Shown in pieces: positions 56,374-64,000 of a DNA stretch of 64,000 nt. The translations under genes were made by a program, and so were the position numbers. The stretch is from Amoeboaphelidium protococcarum X5 (Eukaryota; Fungi; Aphelidiomycota): contig JALDTO010000208.1 of NCBI GenBank assembly GCA_023515725.1, forward strand, positions 435,868-499,867, read 5' to 3'. The notes under the pieces were generated by a model. The model saw nothing but the letters and a program-made list of their open reading frames with translations. It did no database searches and was not told the origin of the DNA. Every line of letters starts with the position of its first letter. Position 1 is the first letter of the stretch.

Positions 56374-58212
56374 ATGATGAATTCGGAGCCAAATATCAAA
56401 AGAAAGCATGTCGCTGTTATCGGTGGGGGTCAGTTAGCTAGAATGATGGTTGAGGATGTGCACAGTAATTTGAATGCTCATCTGATGATCAGTACAATGG
56501 ATCCCGGCGCTGATTGCCCTGCGGCGTAGATCAATCGCGTCCATTACTGTGCTCCGTTCAAGAATGTTGGCTCTTCGGAGGATGCGGAATCTATTCAGAA
56601 GAATCCATTTTATCAATATTTCAAGTATGCTGAGGGGAAACAGTAGGCGCAGGTGGATGTAGTGACTTTTGAGATTGAACATGTTGATATCGATGCCCTG
56701 GAAGTTGCCGTACGCCACATCAATCACGAGCGTAGTAATGGTAATGCTAATGGTGATAAAGATATTCAGATACACCCGCACCCAAAGACGCTCAAAATAA
56801 TTCAGGATAAATACCAGTAAAAGTTGCATCTGTAGCAGGTGGTCCCCATGAGCCAGTTCATGGAAGTGCGTTCTATGCAAGATTTAAAGAACGTCGTTGC
56901 GGCGTTTGGTTATCCCTTCCTACTAAAGACCAAGGTTGGTGCATACGATGGCAAAGGCAATTTTGTGGTCAAGAGCGAAGAGGAGCTGATCATTGGTGTC
57001 TAGAGTTTAACTGGCAATAATTTAGGTAGCTCTGACCGTCTGGACAATCTGTACGCCGAGAAATTTGTCAACTTTGATCGTGAATTGGCAGTTATGGTTT
57101 GCAATTAGAATGACACGGTTGTAGCTTATCCTGTTGTCCATACTGTATAAAAGGACAATGTGTGCCATTAGGTGATATGTCCTGATGATTCTTCGAGTGA
57201 AGTTTTACAGAAGGCCCGTGATATTGCTGTCAAAGTTGTATCTTCATTCCATGGTAATGGTGTCTATGGCGTAGAATTGTTTAGATGCGCAGATGGACGC
57301 GTCTTATTTAATGAAGTTGCACCACGGCCGCATAATTCCGGTCATTATACGATTGAGGCATGCCACACCAGTCAGTTTGAGTAGCACCTGCGTGCAGTGT
57401 CAGGACTCCCACTGGGATAGTGTGGTTTGAAAGTCGGTGCCGCTGTCATGTAGAATATGCTTGGATCAGCTGATTGCGATATGGAGTAGATGATTGCTGG
57501 TTGTCAACGTCTCATGTCTGTACCTGGAGCGACTGTGCATTGGTATGGAAAGTCAAAGTGCTCTAATGGAAGGAAGATGGGACATGTTACATTGTGTGGC
57601 GATAATGTATCTGCGATATTAGCTCATCTTGAATTGGACAAGGTGTCGACATTCTCATCTTATGCGCGGATCAAGTATGATGTCGCTGTGATTATGGGAA
57701 GTGATTCTGATCTTCCTATAATGAGCGATGCTTGCAAGATTTTGGATACTTTTGGTGTGTCATACCTGTGTACTATTGTATCTGCCCATCGCACGTCTGA
57801 TAGATTGAGTCAGTTTGCGCGTAGTGCCCACAAAAATGGGTTTAAAGTCATCATTGCAGGTGCTGGTGGCGCTGCTCATCTTGCTGGAATGTGCGCGTCA
57901 ATGACTCCACTACCTGTTATTGGAGTTCCAATTGCTCTTAAACACTTGAATGGTGTTGATTCTCTGTACAGCACTGTGTAGATGCCTAGAGGTGTTCCAT
58001 GCGCCACGGTAGCCATTAACAATGCTGAGAATGCCGGTTTGCTAGCGGTGCGCATCCTTGGCAAATACAACGATAAGATGCTCACTTATCAGAAAGCCAT
58101 GACGGAATCTGTCATTGACAAGGCTCACCGTCTGGAGACTTTGGGATGGCAAGAATATCTATCTCAAAAAGAATCTCAATAATAACAATAATAGTAATAG
58201 AAGAAATAATGA
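56374..58212 (+). CDS. ADE2: Phosphoribosylaminoimidazole carboxylase (fungal PurK-PurE fusion)
   Basis: [66 protein letters not shown], (TAG=Q)[10 protein letters not shown]; TGA 58210-58212. Confidence 0.96.
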
Positions 58213-58483
58213 CCATGAACATAATGTAATAAATTATAAACTCTAATATCATTAATATCGCCTATCCATTTGCGCCGTATACCAGCCATAAAAGCTGGCC
58301 CCTCTACGATGTCTCTGTAGAGTTTTTTCTTTGATTCTCACCTGCGCGTTCGTTCCTTCTCTACTATCTCGCCTTGTTTCCTCCCATTCTCTGAGCGTCA
58401 CTTTCCCATACTAATCTTTTCCTATTTGTTTCGATAGTAGTTGAGTGATATTGTGATAGTTACATTACTATTTGAATCAAATT

Positions 58484-59413
58484 ATGGAGGTTATTGCTAC
58501 AGTTAGAAGAGATCGAAGGCCTAGTCAGGTTAATAATAATACTAATGTGAATAGTGATGGTGTGAATAGCAAGTCATAGGCCCAATCATCAAAGAAGCCC
58601 GCTGTATCTAAATCTGAATGGTTGAGCAAAATCAAGTCTGTCAAAGTGTCTAAGCAAGATATGAATGCTCTAGTATTGAATTATCTAATTATTGAAGGAT
58701 ACAAGGATGCGGCGATTAATTTTTAGAAAGAGTCTGGATTTAACGCTGTACAAGATTCGATGCTGAGTCAGATTGACGCTCGCACCAGTATCCGTTCCAT
58801 GGTGTAGAGTGGACACATTAGGGAGGCTATTGAGTTGACTAATGAGTTGGATCCAGAGATATTGGACTAGGATCCCAAGTTGTATTTTCACTTGATGATT
58901 CAAATGCTTATTGAGATGATCAGATAGGTGAGAAATGATGGTGATATCGAGAGAGTATTGGAGTTTGCCGCTGAAGAGTGCGTACCAAAGGCTGTTGAGA
59001 ATCCAACACTACTCGAGCACCTAGAGGCAGCCATGACTCTACTGGCTTATCCTAACCAGGAGGGGAATGAAAAGAATCCTGTTGGATATTTGCTATCTAT
59101 GAATCAACGCCACAAGGTTGCCTCGGAACTGAATGCTGCCCTGTTGTCTAGTCAGTCACTTGAAAGGGAGGCCAAGTTGACATCGCTGATTAGACTGTGT
59201 GGATTTGTCGAGAATAAGATTGCCACTTAGCAGGCTCCACCTCAGTCAAAAGATGTTTAGGCTGAATTTCCAAAATTGAAAGACTTACTGCTGGATGATC
59301 TCAAGAATGAATCTGCAATCTCCGGGGCCAAATCTCCCCAAGTGATGTCTCCCAAAGATGTTGATATGAATAAAGCTGCTCCCAGTCAAGATGACGAAGA
59401 TATGGACATATGA
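58484..59413 (+). CDS. GID8: GID/CTLH complex subunit 8 (LisH-CTLH-CRA)
   Basis: DMNALVLNYLIIEGYKDAAINF, GHIREAIELTNELDPEIL, LEAAMTLLAY, QRHKVASELNAALL. Confidence 0.92.
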
Positions 59414-60007
59414 ATACTAATTATTGTATTTTATGCGAGCGTAACCTTTTTCATTTTTAACGCGTTTAATGGATGATGGGTTGAATTTTGGTATTCGCTC
59501 ATTAAGCCTTTTTGATTAACAGCAGGCTTGTTCCGTTTGATCATTTTGTAGCTCAAGTGCTTCAGATGAAGTGCAAGAATTTCTAAACTGTGGACATTTA
59601 TCACTGACCATATATGATATGTGAGATTAGAACAAAATCGAGTTCACTAAGCAGTCAGTCATCAGATATAACACGCTCTGAGGAAATCTAATCCCGCATT
59701 TAAAAATGAAATTACAGATTATCCATGGCGGTGGCTATAAAGGAGCCCCTTTACTCCCAAATGTGAACGTGGTATGATATTTTACTATCCATTGAATGAG
59801 GGGACCATAACGAGACCCCTGTAATCCCAATATTGATAATCAATATTTTCCGGGCGCGCGATAAGAAAAAAAGACACATCACCTTCGCAATCAAACAATT
59901 TGAATTGATCGCGAATCCATCGTAACAACGCGATTTGAGATCAAATTAAAATTAAAACATATAGGATGACAATATGTATATTTAGGACATATCCAACCAA
60001 AAAGGAG

Positions 60008-60082
60008 CGCCCAGTAGCGGGCTCGAACCGCTGACCTGTGGATTAAGAGTCCATCGCTCTACCGAAACTGAGCCAACCGGGG
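60008..60082 (-). tRNA. tRNA-Lys (anticodon CTT)
   Basis: Reverse complement CCCCGGTTGGCTCAGTTTCGGTAGAGCGATGGACTCTTAATCCACAGGTCAGCGGTTCGAGCCCGCTACTGGGCG folds as a cloverleaf with A and B boxes. A T5 Pol III terminator lies 4 nt downstream. Confidence 0.92.
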
Positions 60083-60840
60083 TATTCAGGTATTTCCTTA
60101 CTTCGATGGATATGATACGGTAACACAGACTATAAACGCAATAGGAACAGACAGGAAGCTATATACAAAGATTGAGAGTCGACCAGAGACACCAACAGAA
60201 GTACAGGAAGATAAAATATGTTAATAATATAAACAATTCATTAACACGTTAAGTGAAAGAAATCAATGTTCATAAGAGTCGCGCACTTGAAACAATGTTG
60301 AGCGCCACAGAGAGTCAGATGTTGATACTTGATCGACGCGTGTGCTTGTTTACATGAGTTGAAATTAAATATTACTTAATTACTGTGAATTCGCTGCTCA
60401 ATAAACTACAGTAAAGCACAATTATGCACCATATTTTGAAGTTTATGAGTTAAAACCATCCATACTATATCTATTGCATCTAAAATGGGCCGTATAGATC
60501 TTCCCATGGATTTGATTAAACGCGGTCGCATCGTCGGTGAAACAACTTTTCCCCCTCTCTTTCTTTGATTTAGTCCAGCCTCGCTTACTATCTCATACTG
60601 AAATTCATATTTAAGTGAGATGACTTTGAAAAGAACTTCAAGTCAGCTCTGTCGTCTTTGTTACCGGCTGGATTTGAGAAGCCTTATGCCGAGTCCCAAG
60701 TTGCCGACGAAGTGGTTCTTTTTGCTGATTACTCCAATGTCGCCATTAATTTTACGAGTCTCCGTCTGAAGCGTCCCAATTATTAAAAGGCACCTGCCAG
60801 AGAGCCTGTTGAACAAATGTAGTTGGACATTCTATGAGAA

Positions 60841-61010
60841 TGTAAGTCTATTCCGGCGACAATGTGTATAGTGGAACGTCTGTTTAGCCATTGCAAATTG
60901 CTTTTGACTGAACGAAGATCCTCAATGATATATGACACTTTGCAAAAGTTAATTTTTTGAAAGGGAACTAGCGTTTATGGAGAGCAGATCAATTACTAAA
61001 CATTTTGTAG
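60841..61010 (+). pseudogene. hAT transposase C-terminal dimerisation domain relic
   Basis: IPATMCIVERLFSHCKLLLTERRSSMIYDTLQKLIF, then a frameshift to LKGNQRLW; matches hAT PxTSxxxERxFS...R..L...L.FL..N..W. Confidence 0.75.
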
Positions 61011-61610
61011 GCTCCGGTGTCTACCATGGCAGAAGATGAAGATTTAAGCCCAAAGTTCCTTTCTGATGTAGAGGTGTTGGTGGAAGATGAGTGGACAGAG
61101 TACGACTTGCTATAGGAAGAAGAGCTGTTGGATGTTTATTTACGCAGGTTGATACATGTCAAGTATAGTTACGTAGATCAAAAGAGGTTGAGCCGCTTTA
61201 ATCTTTGGTCGGAGAATTTAGATCGAGATGAACTATACTTTTGAAGTAGTGCCGTGAAGCTGGTTCTTTAGGACTTATTGCCGACTCTCAGAAAATACGC
61301 GCTGCAATGGTAAATCTTGCATAATGTGGAAATGTCGGCCTTTCAATAGATTCCCCGCGGTGCTAGTCTGCAAGGGTAGATGTAGTCTTGAAGCTGTCTA
61401 CATGTATATTGTGCCTTGAATTAGATCAAGAAGAGCATTAAAGCCAGTGGAGTAAATTAAATACGCCAGGCTATTAGGCGGTCGCATTGTATGATTCAGA
61501 TGTAGAATCTGCTAGAATGTTGGCAGTTTCTTAAAAGTTCATCTAAATGACTGAGCTCAACGTCGCGTGGCTCCGCGTTGGTTACCGGGATCTGCGGTCA
61601 TAGTTGGATT

Positions 61611-63722
61611 ATGCAGCAGAAATTGACCAAGCTTTCCAACTTATTGAGGGATGGCAACATAGCCCACAATCGGTACTAGTGGTACATGTAGAAGGTGGAA
61701 GGTAAAATAGAAGATTGTCTCAGGAGATTTTACAAATAGCTAATCTGCCAAATTATATTAACAGCGTTGAAGCTGTACTTTTACTAGTTCTTTGAGGATA
61801 ATCCAAATAGCTTTAACTGCCCTCAAATGTCTATAGCTACATTGAGGAAAATATTTCTGTCAGTGTCTATTTAAACTGATCATCAGCCTCATAATGCACA
61901 ACATCCTGATAATAAGATGATACAAGATGGTGACGAATTGCATAGACGCATTCTTCATACCTGGATCTAAGCTCGTGGGACCGACATTCCGTTTGCTAAA
62001 TTGCCACGTAGGTATAATGAATACGTGTCCAAATTCTGCCTAAACTATATAAAGTTGTGCCAAGTTCAATTGAATACCAATTTGGAAAATCGTTTGGTGA
62101 AGCTGCTGAAAATCGCTATCACTAATATTGATAAAATGAAGTGTTGGCTTAAAATAGTCTCGTTAAGGAGTTGATTGATTGCATTGATTAAAAGCGTGTT
62201 TTCAATTTCACTGAAGATAACCTGAGTATCTACTGCAAAGATGTTGAGAATCGTTTGTCAGAGGAGGACATTGAGTTGCTGAATCTTATTTATACACCTT
62301 TGGCTGAAGCTGCAGGACTTATATAGCACGTCTCGGTAATATCTCAAAAAGTAGGCGACAACTGGCATGAGTATACACGGTTAATGTATCTGATATAGAG
62401 ATATTTCAAAGATAATGGAATGGTTAGTTTCAATATAGTTCCGGATTTAAAGCTAAAGCCATTCCACGTCACTTTGAACAAGTCTTATGCAATGACAACT
62501 ACAATTTTTGAAAAACCTAGAGATGAAAGCGTTGAAAATTTTGTGGTGCTTTAGGTATAAGAAGAGTCGAAAGTACGAAGAATTCTACTCCGACTTGTAT
62601 TCAAATTCGATTTCCTACGAAGCGGGATTTATAGCTAGTGAATAATTGGAGGCAGGTAAATAGTCCAAGGACGGCGAATAAACGCGTCTATCTGCCTAGC
62701 TATGGGCTCCTGGAGTTACTGGGGAATCTTCAAAGTAAAGCTCTAAGCAATGGAAAAAGTTTGAACATCAGTAGATGCCTGTTAAGAAGCAGAAATCAAG
62801 TGCTTCCCTCAGTTCACCTTATTCGCTGCGCTCTAAAAGCTAGTCTGGTAAAGCTTAAAGTAATCCGCATTTAGAAATGGTGATGCAAATTCTGCAGCAA
62901 TAGGAATAGCTCAGATAATAGCTCGCGGAACTACATGAAGATGATTAGGTATTTGAATTAGGCGTGGCAAGTGAAGCTGAAGAACCTGCAAGCTCTATTG
63001 ATGATGTAGTACAGTTTGAGCTTCCCAGTTAAGCTGGAGAATCTGACGTGTCTAGTGCTGCAAATGTTGAAGATGATGATCCCTTTGAGACTGACTCGAC
63101 TGACGATTAGCAGAACGTTGGAGAAGATGGTGGAGATCAGAATGTAGATTATGGGGATGAGTTGAGCGATCAAGACTTGGCCACCTTCCCCGACTTCTAC
63201 AATGCAACTGAGCAGAGATAGAATTGTGAAAAGTCCCAGTTGGATTGGCTCAATAATCCAAATTTCAAAAATTGGATATTAATGATCAGCAGCTGGTATT
63301 CATTGGTCTGGATCCTGGTGTGGACTTTCTGGCGTTTATCTAATGTACAGTCTGTTGTGGACAGGTGTGATGTGGCTTATCTAGTTCGCGGATTATGAAA
63401 TCTGGAACGATTTTGATCTGAGTCAAGAAGCAACCTTAGTGAAAACTTTGAGAACACTCTTAATCTGTGAACGATAAGAACTTATTACACTTTTTTATCT
63501 TAGGAGTAAACGGTTATCCAGTAAACTGTGTCTTAATTGTGTCCCTCCTCGTGCAAAAAATGCTGCCAAACCACAAGAAAACTTGCGGATACCTGTGGCT
63601 CAAGCCTTAGTAGCTGTACCTATTGGTTTAAATGTATTTTGCAAACTTGACGCGGTGAAGCATGAGTTCTGTCATCCGGTTTTGCGTTGTACTGATCTCA
63701 AAGTAGAAGCCTGCAACCTTCT
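61611..63722 (+). pseudogene. Decayed Fanzor (eukaryotic TnpB-like RNA-guided RuvC nuclease)
   Basis: Ordered motifs across frameshifts: KLTKLSNLLR...IILTALKLYF; VQLNTNLENRLVKLL; NWHEYTRLMYLIQRYFKDNGMVSFNIVPDLKLKPFHVTL; RuvC-I LVFIGLDPG (D at 63311); RuvC-II/Zn KRLSSKLCLNC (63508-63540); HPVLRC-x7-C. RuvC-III is not seen. Confidence 0.65.
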
Positions 63723-63789
63723 TCTGTCTTTTGCGCTTAATCACTTGGTATACAATCCTGACACTCCAATGCCAGACATCTCCTTTCGT

Positions 63790-63940
63790 GCAAATGGATA
63801 AATGCGGAGTTGGTACCGTCATCCTCAATGCAGTTGTTGATGGTGAGCGTCGCTGTCTCAAGCTGGAGAATGTCATGTACTTCCCAGGTGCTAACTGCTC
63901 CTTATTGTCAGTGTCGAAGCTGAAATACTCTGGCAAGGTG
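63790..63940 (+). mobile_element. Ty1/copia LTR-retrotransposon protease-region fragment
   Basis: ANG, then frameshift to GVGTVILNAVVDGERRCLKLENVMYFPGANCSLLSVSKLKYSG, matching copia GxGTV...L.NVLYVP.L..NLLSVS.L...G. Confidence 0.75.
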
Positions 63941-64000
63941 ACGTTGATTGATCTTTACACCAACTTCTTCAGCTCTTTGATTGCTAATATTAGGTGGCAC

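Noticed and set aside
60008-60082. Possible suppressor tRNA-Gln reading TAA/TAG
   Set aside because: The loop is CT-CTT-AA, so the anticodon is CTT (Lys), not TTA or CTA.
61376-61795. Open code-6 frame with DSP-phosphatase-like SVLVVHVEGG
   Set aside because: It lacks the HCxxGxxR motif and overlaps the better-supported Fanzor frame. Long open frames arise easily with a single stop codon.

Overview
Gene-dense eukaryotic nuclear DNA from a fungus-related opisthokont that uses a non-standard code: TAA/TAG = Gln and TGA is the only stop (translation table 6). The supplied standard-code ORF track is therefore fragmented. Fungal-type genes plus this code best fit the aphelid Amoeboaphelidium protococcarum (inference). 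Re-read by hand in code 6, the window holds about 29 intact protein genes with tiny intergenic gaps and few short introns: kinesin-7, CLASP/Stu1, TAF13, ASCC2/Cue3, VMA16, PEN-2, a vitellogenin-domain protein, a Gcn4-like bZIP, a mitochondrial carrier, a GT5-like glycosyltransferase, HDDC2, a class-3 lipase, AFG1, SMP3, ECT1, LAS1, an ABCB transporter, GATAD1, PP1, DNA pol gamma, AGFG1, ATP20, SEC2, MEMO1, ADE2, GID8 and three accessory genes at the left end. There is one tRNA-Lys(CTT) and two mobile-element patches: a Tc1-like transposase with DD42E spacing at 26.8-27.9 kb, and hAT + Fanzor-like + copia relics at 60.8-64 kb. Most notable are a decayed Fanzor (eukaryotic TnpB-like RNA-guided nuclease) next to a hAT relic, a secreted R-S-QxE ADP-ribosyltransferase toxin-like effector, a secreted vitellogenin/MTP-like protein, an invariant TGTAG 3' splice site, and an excess of TAR codons just before TGA stops. 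All calls come from motif recognition and manual translation, not database searches.
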